A DNA stretch of 64,000 bases from a virus. Below, in pieces: positions 34,788-44,422 of the stretch. Each line of letters begins with the position of its first letter. The stretch's first letter is position 1. Under the pieces are notes generated by a model. The model ran no database searches. It saw only the letters and a list, made by a program, of their open reading frames with translations, and was not told the DNA's origin. The stretch lies in IMG/VR virus record IMGVR_UViG_3300045988_125828, positions 1 through 64,000 of that record; one strand, written 5' to 3'. A program made the translations under genes and the position numbers.

Positions 34788-35507
34788 TTATTCATTGGAT
34801 TCGCGCACAAACTCAATCATAGGTAATTGTGCTTCTACTGATTTAGGAATACCGCCACCCGCTACGCGGTCCGCGTATATTCTGCCTGCTCTTACTACGG
34901 CACATGTTGCAGAAATGCAACCTTCGGGGATGCAGACATCCTCAAATACAAGGCCGTTTACGTCACTTAAGTTTCCGCTTGCAGTTGCACCTTGCTTGGT
35001 AAGTTCCATTGTCCCTGTTACTCCGGTGCTTCCGGGGATAAACATGTAGGCCGGAACCATTGCAGCTGTCTTTTGCGTGAATGTCAGCACTGCGCCACTT
35101 CTTTTCACATCCCACTCTGTGAAAGTGGCTTTGCCGCCTTCAATCTTTGTAGCGACCAGTTCGGGGGTTGTTTCCGAAGCGCTTGTTACTGCGATTGAGT
35201 AGCTTTTGCTCCCCAATACAAAGGATAAATCTCCGTTGGCGGTAGCCTTGTTGGTGATAGTCAGCGTTACTACCGCTTTTACGCCTGTCACTCCCTCCGC
35301 AGTAATCACCTCTACCTGTTTGCCAGGTCCGTTGAACTTAACCATTGTGCCAGCATGTATAATATCGCCAGGGTTTAATCCCATTCCGGCAACATCAATC
35401 ATACCGCCTCCTTGATACAGTTCTCGAACTCTCGACCATACAGGAAAATTACCGCCAAATTCCGACCGGAATTGACCGATAGTGTTGAATGTTCCTAATT
35501 GTCTCAT
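34788..35507 (-). CDS. head decoration-like protein (by position)
   Basis: 239-aa ORF between the scaffold and capsid genes, as gpD lies between Nu3 and E in lambda. Confidence 0.4.
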   Translation of the reverse strand: MRQLGTFNTIGQFRSEFGGNFPVWSRVRELYQGGGMIDVAGMGLNPGDIIHAGTMVKFNGPGKQVEVITAEGVTGVKAVVTLTITNKATANGDLSFVLGSKSYSIAVTSASETTPELVATKIEGGKATFTEWDVKRSGAVLTFTQKTAAMVPAYMFIPGSTGVTGTMELTKQGATASGNLSDVNGLVFEDVCIPEGCISATCAVVRAGRIYADRVAGGGIPKSVEAQLPMIEFVRESNE

Positions 35508-35531
35508 CTTTTTTGTCTGTTTTAAAATGTG

Positions 35532-36191
35532 TTATTTGGTTTTCGGGAGCTTGCCTCTTGATTTCATTAACTCCTTAAAGGCTTCTCTTCGGCTTTTTGC
35601 CTGCTCTTCTCCGGTTTCCGCAAACTGATTGATACTTGGGGATGCTCCGTCTCCGAAAATCGCCTTGTATCTTTTCTCGTAGTTGCGTTTAGCACAGTTT
35701 ACAATGTCCTCCACTTTCATTCCGTCTGTAATTTCCACATCGGAAATGGCAATGCCGAGGATCTCATCGTTGCAGATGTTTTTACCACCATTCTCGATTT
35801 GAGATTTCAACTGGCTTTTGGATTCGGCCTTTAACTCGTTGATTGACGCGGCCCTTTTCTCCGCTTCCTTTTCCCCTTTTAGCTGCAAAAGTTCTTCTTC
35901 CATTTTTTTCAATTTGGCGGCAAGCGTTCCCTCGTTTGGTTCGTCTTTTGCATCGTCCGGGATTGGTTGAGGTTTGTAGTTTTTCTTGAAATCCTCAACT
36001 TGTGTTGCGACATCATGATTGTACTGTCCTTGAAGCCCTTGAAGGAATCCCGTAGCCTTGTTGTAATAATCCTCGGGATCGACACCCTCCGATAACGGGT
36101 TCAATTCTATGTACTTCGTTAATGTCTGTGACGAAAGGCTGGTTTGTCCAAGTCTTGTCGTTAATTCGGATAAGATTTGTTCTTTCTCCAT
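35532..36191 (-). CDS. scaffolding protein-like
   Basis: 219 aa, acidic, helical/coiled-coil (KLKKMEEELLQLKGEKEAEKRA). First gene of the head operon. Confidence 0.5.
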   Translation of the reverse strand: MEKEQILSELTTRLGQTSLSSQTLTKYIELNPLSEGVDPEDYYNKATGFLQGLQGQYNHDVATQVEDFKKNYKPQPIPDDAKDEPNEGTLAAKLKKMEEELLQLKGEKEAEKRAASINELKAESKSQLKSQIENGGKNICNDEILGIAISDVEITDGMKVEDIVNCAKRNYEKRYKAIFGDGASPSINQFAETGEEQAKSRREAFKELMKSRGKLPKTK

Positions 36192-36214
36192 CGTGTTTTA
36201 TTTAGTTGTGTTAT

Positions 36215-36265
36215 AAAAAAAAAGAGCCTATCAACGCTTTGTGCGTCAATAAGCTCTTTGGCTTG
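36215..36265 (-). terminator. conserved leader hairpin + T-run, copy 2 (upstream of head operon)
   Basis: Minus strand reads CAAGCCAAAGAGCT-TATTGACGCACAAAGCGTTGATA-GGCTCTTTTTTTTT. The inner helix pairs fully only as minus-strand RNA (G-U pairs). Confidence 0.55.
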
Positions 36266-36282
36266 CATATCTAATATTACTA

Positions 36283-36462
36283 TTATTCCTTCGTCAGTCT
36301 AACTCTCATAAATTTACGGCATCTCCTGCATATAATCCTAATGGAAGAACTTCCGCAAACTTCCTCAACGTCCATTATTTTCTGTTTACACACCGGACAT
36401 ATTGCGAAGTTTCCTTTTCTATCAGGTAACTCTTCATCGAGTTGGACATCAATTTTTATCAT
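36283..36462 (-). CDS. 59-aa zinc-ribbon protein (Mu Com-like architecture)
   Basis: MIKIDVQLDEELPDRKGNFAICPVCKQKIMDVEEVCGSSSIRIICRRCRKFMRVRLTKE with CxxC-17-CxxC. Just below the track cut-off. Confidence 0.45.
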   Translation of the reverse strand: MIKIDVQLDEELPDRKGNFAICPVCKQKIMDVEEVCGSSSIRIICRRCRKFMRVRLTKE

Positions 36463-36481
36463 ATCACATGATTTAATAATG

Positions 36482-36571
36482 CAAATATATCATCTATTTT
36501 CTATAAAAACAATATTATAGACATATTTTTAAGGGTAAAATTTAGAAAATAGATGAAAAATCGTATATTTG
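36482..36571. promoter_or_regulatory. divergent late control region: two -7 boxes and inverted TAGAAAATAGATGA motifs
   Basis: Minus-strand -7 box CAAATATA at 36482-36489, abutting TCATCTATTTTCTA at 36490-36503. Plus-strand TAGAAAATAGATGA at 36543-36556 and TATATTTG at 36564-36571. Confidence 0.5.
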
Positions 36572-36648
36572 CACTATATATTACTCATAGAGCTGTGAAT
36601 CAAGCCGGAGTATGCAAAATCATATTGCATGCGACGGCTTATTTTTTT

Positions 36649-39339
36649 ATGGAATACGACGGAATTGTACATACAAAAAATGGAGAAGGCGTATTTACTT
36701 ATGCGCACATAGAAAAGCTGCGTGAATATGGAAATCCGCTTAATATAATCGCCCAAAAAGGATGTCAAGAAAAGTTCCTTGCGTCTCCGGCAGATATTAC
36801 TATATTTGGAGGAAACCGTGGTGGCGGAAAAGCGCTGATATTCAATGAATTAGTGTGTACTCCGTTCGGATTTAGAAAAATCCAAGACATTAAAGCGGGC
36901 GACATAATCACTGGTCTTGACGGAGGAATGCAAAGGGTTGTTTACAATTCCTATCAGGGATTTAAAGAGTGCGTAAGGCTTAAATTCGTTGACGGCTCTT
37001 ATGCTGACTGCTGCATAGATCACTTATGGAATATCAAGCAATCTAACCATTGTTCAAAGAAAAGGGCTTTATATAACCTCCCCTTAGAGGATGAATGGCG
37101 AGTGTGGACTACTCAAATGATTATAGACCACATGAAAAAGCAGAAGGGGAAGAAGCAGTCGCGTCATTTATCTGTTCCGTTGTGCAAGCCCGTTCGATTT
37201 ACCAAAGGAAAATATTTCAAGCCTAAATTCAGCCCGTATCTGATTGGTGCACTCATTGGGGACGGATGTATTGCCGATAGTGTAATCAGTAAGAACTGTT
37301 GTTATTTATTTAATCCTGACGAGGAAGTCATTGGCGAGTTCAAGAAATCAGTAGGGTATTCTTCTTGCGAGTTTGAGAAAGGCTGCTACCGCATGCGCAT
37401 CAACGACAAAGAGCTTATCGCAGAGATTCAGAAATTGAATATAACAGGGCGTGCGGCAGATAAACACGTCCCTGACATGTATTTATATGGGACGCTGGAG
37501 GAAAGATGGGCGCTTGTTCAGGGCTTAATGGATACCGACGGAACTATTGATGAAAGAGGGCACCTGTCTTATACTACAATAAGCAAACAGCTTGCGGAAG
37601 ATGTAAAATTCCTTATCAACAGTTTGGGAGGATTGGCGACAATTGGCAGAGGCACCGCGGGGTATAGAAATAGCAATGGAGAATTTATACAATGTAATGA
37701 CGCATACACTCTTTATATAAGAATCCCGGATGCCGAAAGGATGTTTCGCGTAAAAAGGAAAAAAGAAAGATGCAAACCTTATAATGGCGGGATAAGCATC
37801 AATGCGAGAAGAATCATAGGCTACGAGATGATAGGGAAGAAGGAGTGTTGCTGTATTGCAGTGACCAATCCGGACAGTTTGTTTCTAACAAGGGATTTTA
37901 TTGTCACTCATAATTCTTGGGCCTTGCTAATGGAGGTCTTGAAAGATATAAATAACCCGAATTTTGCTTCCGTAATCCTGAGAAACGAAAAAGAGGACTT
38001 GAGTAATATAGTAAACAAGTCTTATGAGCTTTTCTCTCAATACGGAAAGTACAACCGCTCTATCTCGGATATGACTTGGAACTTCTATAACGGAGGGTTT
38101 TTAAAGTTTTCCTATTATGCGGATTCTTACGAAGACTTCGTAAAGCGTTTTCAGGGAAAAGAGTTTGCCTTTATCGGTATAGACGAAATCACTCACTCTG
38201 ATTACCTGAAGTTCAAATACCTTATTACCAACAACCGTAATGCCTACGGTATAAGAAACCGTTTTTATGGCACATGTAACCCTGATCCGGATAGCTGGGT
38301 ACGTAAATTCATAGACTGGTGGATTGATGAAAACGGTAACCCTATTCCGGAGCGAGACGGGGTAATACGCTATTGCTTCATGGACGGCGACCGACCGGAA
38401 GATATTTACTGGGGGGATTCCGTAGACGAAGTTTATAACCAATGCAGGCATATCATAGATCCGTTACTTACGCCTGGTCTTATCAGTAAGGGTTACGACA
38501 AGTCGGCATTCGTGAAGACAGTCACATTCATAAAGGGAAAGCTTGAAGAGAACGTTGCTCTTATATCTTCCGACCCTAATTATTTAGCCAACCTGGCCCA
38601 GCAGGACGAAGAATCTCGCGCAAGGGACTTGGAGGGAAACTGGAACTTTAAAGCTGCCGGGGATGATATTATCAAGATGGAACACATGGAGCGCTTCTTT
38701 AAAAATACCGCCCAATACGGAGACGAGAAGCGCAGGGTATCATGCGATATTGCATACGAGGGAGGAGACAACCTTGTCTTGTGGCTGTGGATCGGAAACC
38801 ATATCGAAGATGTGTATGTGAGTAGGGATAATTCCAAGCGGACGGAAGAGTGTGTTGCCTATAAACTTAGAGAGTGGGGCGTGCTGGAAAAGGATTTTGT
38901 TTTTGACTTAAACGGCCCCGGTCAGGATTTTAAAGGGAAATTCCCCGATGCGGTCAGATTTAATAACATGGCTGCTCCGATACCCGCGACAAAAGCGGAT
39001 GAGAAATCAATCAAGTATGTGTACTCCTCTTTAAAATCACAGTGTGCAGATATTCTTGTAAAAAAGATAAAGAACGAGGAGATATCCATAAATTCCGATT
39101 TGTTATCGCGCAAATTCTCCGGAAACGGATATTCCGGAGTAACCCTTTATAATATTCTTATGAAAGAGAGAAAGGCTATTCGGGACGCGGAAACAGACAA
39201 AGGGTTTGCCTTAATTAAAAAGGAGACTATGAAAAAATACGTAGGGCACTCTCCTGACTTTATAGAAGCGATGATTTACAGACAAATTTTTGATATAAAA
39301 AAACATAACACAAAACCAAAAGGATTATGGAGATTATAA
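36649..39339 (+). CDS. terL: terminase large subunit, interrupted by an intein
   Basis: FGGNRGGGK...(intein)...SWALL, Walker B FAFIGIDEIT, GTCNPDP. ATG 36649 is preferred because the track start 36553 lies inside the regulatory motif. Confidence 0.85.
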   Translation: MEYDGIVHTKNGEGVFTYAHIEKLREYGNPLNIIAQKGCQEKFLASPADITIFGGNRGGGKALIFNELVCTPFGFRKIQDIKAGDIITGLDGGMQRVVYNSYQGFKECVRLKFVDGSYADCCIDHLWNIKQSNHCSKKRALYNLPLEDEWRVWTTQMIIDHMKKQKGKKQSRHLSVPLCKPVRFTKGKYFKPKFSPYLIGALIGDGCIADSVISKNCCYLFNPDEEVIGEFKKSVGYSSCEFEKGCYRMRINDKELIAEIQKLNITGRAADKHVPDMYLYGTLEERWALVQGLMDTDGTIDERGHLSYTTISKQLAEDVKFLINSLGGLATIGRGTAGYRNSNGEFIQCNDAYTLYIRIPDAERMFRVKRKKERCKPYNGGISINARRIIGYEMIGKKECCCIAVTNPDSLFLTRDFIVTHNSWALLMEVLKDINNPNFASVILRNEKEDLSNIVNKSYELFSQYGKYNRSISDMTWNFYNGGFLKFSYYADSYEDFVKRFQGKEFAFIGIDEITHSDYLKFKYLITNNRNAYGIRNRFYGTCNPDPDSWVRKFIDWWIDENGNPIPERDGVIRYCFMDGDRPEDIYWGDSVDEVYNQCRHIIDPLLTPGLISKGYDKSAFVKTVTFIKGKLEENVALISSDPNYLANLAQQDEESRARDLEGNWNFKAAGDDIIKMEHMERFFKNTAQYGDEKRRVSCDIAYEGGDNLVLWLWIGNHIEDVYVSRDNSKRTEECVAYKLREWGVLEKDFVFDLNGPGQDFKGKFPDAVRFNNMAAPIPATKADEKSIKYVYSSLKSQCADILVKKIKNEEISINSDLLSRKFSGNGYSGVTLYNILMKERKAIRDAETDKGFALIKKETMKKYVGHSPDFIEAMIYRQIFDIKKHNTKPKGLWRL
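36832..37914 (+). mobile_element. intein (361 aa) with LAGLIDADG homing endonuclease domain
   Basis: ALIFNELV...FIVTHN/S. Block B CCIDHLW, block F ECCCIAV. LAGLIDADG motifs YLIGALIGDGCI and LVQGLMDTDGTI. Confidence 0.8.
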
Positions 39340-40862
39340 ACACACGCCAGATTATGGTACGTCGTCCGTTCCGGAGGATATTGCCAAATGGCTATAAAGC
39401 CGCTGCCGGGGTTATTTCAGGAAACACCCTCATCGATGAACCGTCTGATAATCCTACGTATCAGATAATAACTCAAATGGACTTCATGCGTGAGTTTGAG
39501 CCTTCGGGACATGCGATTAATGACCCGCTGGTATATCCTGACAGGTTAAGGCAGGACCCGGAGACGAAGCAATGGTTCAGGGAGTATGTTATCAGATGCG
39601 CTTTTGCTTTTCAAAGGATAATAACGGTCAAGCATCTTGTCCACCTTTGCGGGAATGATATTCAGTTTGAAATGGAAGGCGATACCGAGAATGAGAAAGT
39701 GAAAGAAACCTTCTTTAAATTTAGAACGGGATGGGCCGTAAAAGACATGGAAATCGCATGGTACGAGGCCGCTAAGTCTGTAAAGATAACCGGAGATACG
39801 GCATTTGTGGGATACCTTAGAAAAGGAAAATTCTATTGGAAAGTCCTTTCTTTTGAAAAAGGTGATGTTTTGTATCCTCATTTTGATAATGTTACAGGAG
39901 AGCTATCCTTGTTTGCCCGTTCTTATTCCGATTACGACAGCAGCGGGAATATTGTGACCGACTGGCTGGAGGTGTGGGATGAAAAGTATCTCCGTCGCTT
40001 TAAAAAAGGAGGAAAGGGATACAGCAAAATCAAACAAGTAATAAAAAACTTATTTGGATTGGACGGTTATGAACTCGTCTCCCAGCAAGAGCATGGGTTT
40101 ACGTTTATCCCTGTGGCTTACCATAGATGCGATGCCGGAGCTTGTTGGTCTCCCTCGCAAGACAGTATAGAGCAATACGAACTCGCTTTCTCCCAGCTAT
40201 CTCAAAACAATACAGCCTATGCGTTTCCGATTATGTATTTCAAGGGAGAAAATATAAATATAGATGGAGGTGTTGACGGAACTGTAAAATGTATCACAAT
40301 GGGGCCGGACGATGAAGCCGGATACCTTAACAAACAGGATGTATCTACGGCTTTCGAAAAGCAGCTCGATACTCTTTACAAGCTGATATATGAACAGTCG
40401 TTTGCGGTAATTCCTCCGGAGGTAAGAAGCGGCGATCTTCCGGGTGTGGCTATAAAGCTTCTTTATTCACCGGCGTTTGAGAATGCGATGAAGGATGCGC
40501 AAGAATATAACCGCCTCGTGGACGACATGGTGAAGATTTTCACCTATGGATACGGAGTGGAAACGGAAAATCTTATAGACCTGCAAAACTTGAGTGTATA
40601 TGCTTGGATAAAACCCTATATCCATTTGAATGAATCGGAGCTTGTGCAGAATCTTGCCACTTGTGTGCAAAACGGATTTTTATCACGTCAAACCGCAAAT
40701 GAGCAAATTCAAATTTATAGCAATCCCCGCGACTGGGACAGGATAATGAGAGAGAAAAAAGAAGAGCAGCAGGCCGATATTCTTTATCAGCTCAAAACCA
40801 CGCAACCTACTCCTGAAGAAGAGGAACCCGAACACAACCCGGCCGGAGACGATAAGCAATGA
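39327..40862 (+). CDS. portal protein
   Basis: 511-aa ORF overlapping the terL stop, with an acidic C-terminus. Confidence 0.7.
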   Translation: MEIINTRQIMVRRPFRRILPNGYKAAAGVISGNTLIDEPSDNPTYQIITQMDFMREFEPSGHAINDPLVYPDRLRQDPETKQWFREYVIRCAFAFQRIITVKHLVHLCGNDIQFEMEGDTENEKVKETFFKFRTGWAVKDMEIAWYEAAKSVKITGDTAFVGYLRKGKFYWKVLSFEKGDVLYPHFDNVTGELSLFARSYSDYDSSGNIVTDWLEVWDEKYLRRFKKGGKGYSKIKQVIKNLFGLDGYELVSQQEHGFTFIPVAYHRCDAGACWSPSQDSIEQYELAFSQLSQNNTAYAFPIMYFKGENINIDGGVDGTVKCITMGPDDEAGYLNKQDVSTAFEKQLDTLYKLIYEQSFAVIPPEVRSGDLPGVAIKLLYSPAFENAMKDAQEYNRLVDDMVKIFTYGYGVETENLIDLQNLSVYAWIKPYIHLNESELVQNLATCVQNGFLSRQTANEQIQIYSNPRDWDRIMREKKEEQQADILYQLKTTQPTPEEEEPEHNPAGDDKQ

Positions 40863-41641
40863 AACAGCCCACGCAACAACAGATACAGGAGGCCAAAGAT
40901 TTTATAAGGCAGCGGATAAAGGCTGAATTATCCATGCAGAAGCATTTGGATGATCTTCTCTTGCAGGCCGCAAACGAGATCGTGGATACATCTTTGAAGT
41001 ATAAGATAAAACCGTCCATGTTCCGTTTTTCCGCAAATGAAAAACTCGAAAGGGAGGTAGATGTTGTTATCGGAAAGTTGCGAGAGACGATTTACGACTA
41101 TACCGAAACACTTTCCGTTTATGACAGGAAAGAAGAAAGGGAGGCTATCATTGCTTTTATAAATAGGGAAGATCATGGAAAGACGCTTTCGGAGCGTATT
41201 GATATTTATTGCAACCGCTTTAAGTATGAGATAGAGGCTGCTGTCGCCGCCGGGCTTATTGCCGGGCTAAGCCGAAACAAAATAAAGGACAGCATAAAGG
41301 AAAACCTTAAATCTCCGTATGATAGCTCCTATTTCAAAAAGGCCGTAGAATCCGGAGTGTCCGCAGCAACCCGCATTAATACAAATGGAATAAGTTATGG
41401 AGTAGGGAAGTCCAACTCTTCCTATAACTCACTGAATACCCTTACCCGGTATGCTATCGGGTCCGCATGGATGTGGTTTAATGGAGTTCAGAAACAAAAA
41501 GAAGGAGCTATCGGTTTTTATTCATATAGAGGGAGCAGCTACCCATGCTCTTATTGTGATAGTATGGTCGGGTATCATCCTATATCCGACTATCAGAGCC
41601 AGTGGCATATAAGGTGCTGTTGTTATTTTGTATTTGTATAA
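40859..41641 (+). CDS. minor head protein, MuF / SPP1 gp7-like
   Basis: Follows the portal gene. C-terminal PCSYCDSMVGYHP...WHIRCCC resembles the conserved C..C...H..C.C end of Phage_Mu_F domains. Confidence 0.6.
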   Translation: MKQPTQQQIQEAKDFIRQRIKAELSMQKHLDDLLLQAANEIVDTSLKYKIKPSMFRFSANEKLEREVDVVIGKLRETIYDYTETLSVYDRKEEREAIIAFINREDHGKTLSERIDIYCNRFKYEIEAAVAAGLIAGLSRNKIKDSIKENLKSPYDSSYFKKAVESGVSAATRINTNGISYGVGKSNSSYNSLNTLTRYAIGSAWMWFNGVQKQKEGAIGFYSYRGSSYPCSYCDSMVGYHPISDYQSQWHIRCCCYFVFV

Positions 41642-41658
41642 TTAAAAGTTACAATAAT

Positions 41659-42216
41659 ATGTTGAGAGGTAAAGAGGAAAAAATTACATTCAGCAAAGGA
41701 CTTGGGACCGAATGTAGAAAACTGGGAATCAGCGCAAAAGAAAAGGCTTTTGCAGACCTTTTAGCGCTGGGATGGAAAGATAAAGACGCTTATCTCATCT
41801 CCGGCCTTTATAACCCTGTGTATAATTTAGAGATGAATAAGAAGAATATGAATGCCCTCCTTTCCCAGGATAAGGACTTCATGGATTATCTCACCTTTAT
41901 AAACAAGCGTGTCAATCGTAGACAGAAAGAGAGCGAGAGAGAGGAAGAGTTTTTGGTTGAAGGTGTCAGTGATGAAGATATTGCGTCTGAACTTTCAAAG
42001 GAAAACCAGCTTCGTAAGCTTATCGCCGCCCGTAAAAAGTACGATGGCAAAGAGGGCTGCAAGGAATGGATAGACCTTACCAAAATGATTGCAGATATCA
42101 CGCAGATTAAGAAAGACGAGATAAAAGAAGAAGATACTACCACTCATTTTTATCTTCCAATTTCATGCAATAATTGCTCCTTGTACCTTGCCGCTAAAAA
42201 GAAAGCCGGGAAATGA
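41659..42216 (+). CDS. terminase small subunit-like
   Basis: ISAKEKAFADLLALGWKDKDAYLISG resembles the N-terminal HTH of TerS proteins. ATG 41659 is preferred over the track start. Confidence 0.4.
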   Translation: MLRGKEEKITFSKGLGTECRKLGISAKEKAFADLLALGWKDKDAYLISGLYNPVYNLEMNKKNMNALLSQDKDFMDYLTFINKRVNRRQKESEREEEFLVEGVSDEDIASELSKENQLRKLIAARKKYDGKEGCKEWIDLTKMIADITQIKKDEIKEEDTTTHFYLPISCNNCSLYLAAKKKAGK

Positions 42217-42252
42217 CACCCGGCTACTTCTTCCTTATACATAGGTTTGTGT

Positions 42253-42642
42253 TCAGTTTTTGTCTTTATCAGACGCTTCCTCCATCTCCTTTTTCATCTC
42301 ATACATCTGCCTTTCCTCCTCAATAATCTTGGCGTCCTCCTCGTCAGAAATCGGCTTGGGGTCCGCGCGGTCAAGGGCATCCCCGACTGCCTTTATCACA
42401 TCCACCTGCAACTTCGCGTCAATACAATTCCCTACATACTGGGTATTACGCAGCATTAGCATAGGCAGGTTATCAACCCTGTCTTCTATCGGAACGCTAT
42501 CCAATAGTACAAACATTATGCTTCCCGCGCTATATTCGACCGAGAAGTCACCGCTTACCGTCGATGCCTTTATAAAAGGAACATCACCTTTCTTGTATTT
42601 GAGAATAATCATATTCCCGACTTGTGTCTTTCCGAAATCCAT
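42253..42642 (-). CDS. hypothetical protein (129 aa)
   Basis: Track ORF downstream of the primase-helicase. The antisense ORF 42260..42781 is rejected. Confidence 0.6.
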   Translation of the reverse strand: MDFGKTQVGNMIILKYKKGDVPFIKASTVSGDFSVEYSAGSIMFVLLDSVPIEDRVDNLPMLMLRNTQYVGNCIDAKLQVDVIKAVGDALDRADPKPISDEEDAKIIEEERQMYEMKKEMEEASDKDKN

Positions 42643-42674
42643 AATCTTTTTGTGTTATATTTATTATTGCAAAT

Positions 42675-44282
42675 TTATTCTTCAACAAAATCATCACTCA
42701 GGAAATCATCATCCGAATATTCCCAGCCCTCAAACAGGTTCGTTTTCGCTTCTTCGGCAATATTGGGGACATGTCTCATAAAATTGTTCGCAATGTCCTC
42801 GTTCCCGCACCACAGATTATAAGAGTTGTTGTATCCCTTTTCCCTCACGTATCCGAGAGAAAGCATGTCGATGCCCAGCTTTCTTTGCGACATAGGGACA
42901 ATCCCGTTCTTCTTGCAGAATCGTTCATAGTTCTTGTATATCTCCGATGATGTGAAATTGATAACGCCGCTTCCTTCAAATTCTTCGGGCTGGCACTCCT
43001 TGTATTTGAGGTATTCCGATATGCTTCCGTCCACAAGCTTGCCGTCCCGTCCTATGACCGTAGAGCGTATCCTCTCCAGCTTCATGTCTATCTTTCCTCC
43101 GAGATTCTCCGGCATCCTCCAGTTGTTTTTCTTTAGCTCGCAAAGACCTTTGACTATCCAAGCCATTATGCCGGCATGTTCCGATTTGAGCCTTTCCGCG
43201 AGCATGGTATCCCTTTTCTCTACGGGGATAGTCTTGTCGAAATTAAGCACGAGCGCCCGTCTCTGCATACTCTCATCATCCGGGTCCTCCCGGTTAAGAA
43301 AGTCCTTTGGCTGCCAACGGTAGTTAGAGTTACACAGCATGATAGGCGGTCTTTGCATCATCGTTATATTGCCGCCTATTCCCCGGCAGGCAATAGGTTC
43401 CCCGCTGGAGATAGCCTTTATGATGCTCATATCCTTAAAATCACCCCGGTTGCTCTCCGTACAGTACATAAGCCTCTTCCCGGACATGGAATACGCAGCA
43501 CGAAGCTGTTCATCACCTCTGCTGGCAAACTGGCTCATCTTGATATTAAGTATCTCGTCCTCTCCGAACATGTCCTTAAGCACCCGGTAGATAACACTCT
43601 TCCCGTTTGCTCCCGTACCTTGCAATATCAGGAAATACTCAAAGCTTATATTACGTCTGTTGACAAGACAGGCTCCAAGAAACATCTGTAATATTCTCCG
43701 CTTGTGTTTTTCAGGAAGAACACCGTCCATATCGTCCGTAGGCATCCAGTTCTCTCCGAGGAAACTTCTCCATATAGGACAGTTGAATATCTCCTTGCGG
43801 TCATACTTGAACGGATACATCTTCACACAATCAAAGCGAGGAGAGTGGGGATAGGTCTTTAGCCGGTTCATGTCAACGACACAGTTAGTGAAGCACATAA
43901 TACTAAGGTCGGGACGAAGCTCATGATCCCGGATAACATTGATTATGCGGTTCATATAGGCATACATGGCCTTATTGGTACGGTCACGAGCTGCAACACC
44001 CATCTTCTCAAGCCACCTGTCTACGGCATCATACAGGACATTGTAATCCATGAACTCATAAATCTTACCCGTAAAAACATACAAGGAGCTATAATGAGAG
44101 GTGTTATCCCTCGTCAAGACACCATAACCCTCCCTGAATAACTCCTCAAGACGTCTGCCGTATCTGTCTGTGCGCTCAGGATTGCTTGTAACCAAAGATA
44201 TATCCCTGAACGTAGCCGCATATTCATCGCAATGTTCGGATAATAATCCAAGTACGTAATCCTTTAAATCCTTCCTATCCAT
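42675..44282 (-). CDS. D5/P4-type primase-helicase (NTPase)
   Basis: Walker A LQGTGANGKS. 535 aa, adjacent to the iteron region. Confidence 0.75.
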   Translation of the reverse strand: MDRKDLKDYVLGLLSEHCDEYAATFRDISLVTSNPERTDRYGRRLEELFREGYGVLTRDNTSHYSSLYVFTGKIYEFMDYNVLYDAVDRWLEKMGVAARDRTNKAMYAYMNRIINVIRDHELRPDLSIMCFTNCVVDMNRLKTYPHSPRFDCVKMYPFKYDRKEIFNCPIWRSFLGENWMPTDDMDGVLPEKHKRRILQMFLGACLVNRRNISFEYFLILQGTGANGKSVIYRVLKDMFGEDEILNIKMSQFASRGDEQLRAAYSMSGKRLMYCTESNRGDFKDMSIIKAISSGEPIACRGIGGNITMMQRPPIMLCNSNYRWQPKDFLNREDPDDESMQRRALVLNFDKTIPVEKRDTMLAERLKSEHAGIMAWIVKGLCELKKNNWRMPENLGGKIDMKLERIRSTVIGRDGKLVDGSISEYLKYKECQPEEFEGSGVINFTSSEIYKNYERFCKKNGIVPMSQRKLGIDMLSLGYVREKGYNNSYNLWCGNEDIANNFMRHVPNIAEEAKTNLFEGWEYSDDDFLSDDFVEE

Positions 44283-44422
44283 ATTTATTATATAACGTTT
44301 TTATAAGCATACCATAAAGAACATAACGGAACTGGGATTAGGTCTCATTCTTAAAAATAACATCTTCTCTTCTCTCTTTTGAGGGTTAAAAATATATATA
44401 TATGTTCTTTATCATCATTATG

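Noticed and set aside
36553-36648. Track start codon of the terminase ORF (adds 32 aa, MKNRIFALYITHRAVNQ...)
   Set aside because: The ATG is part of the conserved TAGAAAATAGATGA motif, and the -7 box TATATTTG lies inside this stretch. ATG 36649 (MEYDGIVH...) is a more plausible start.
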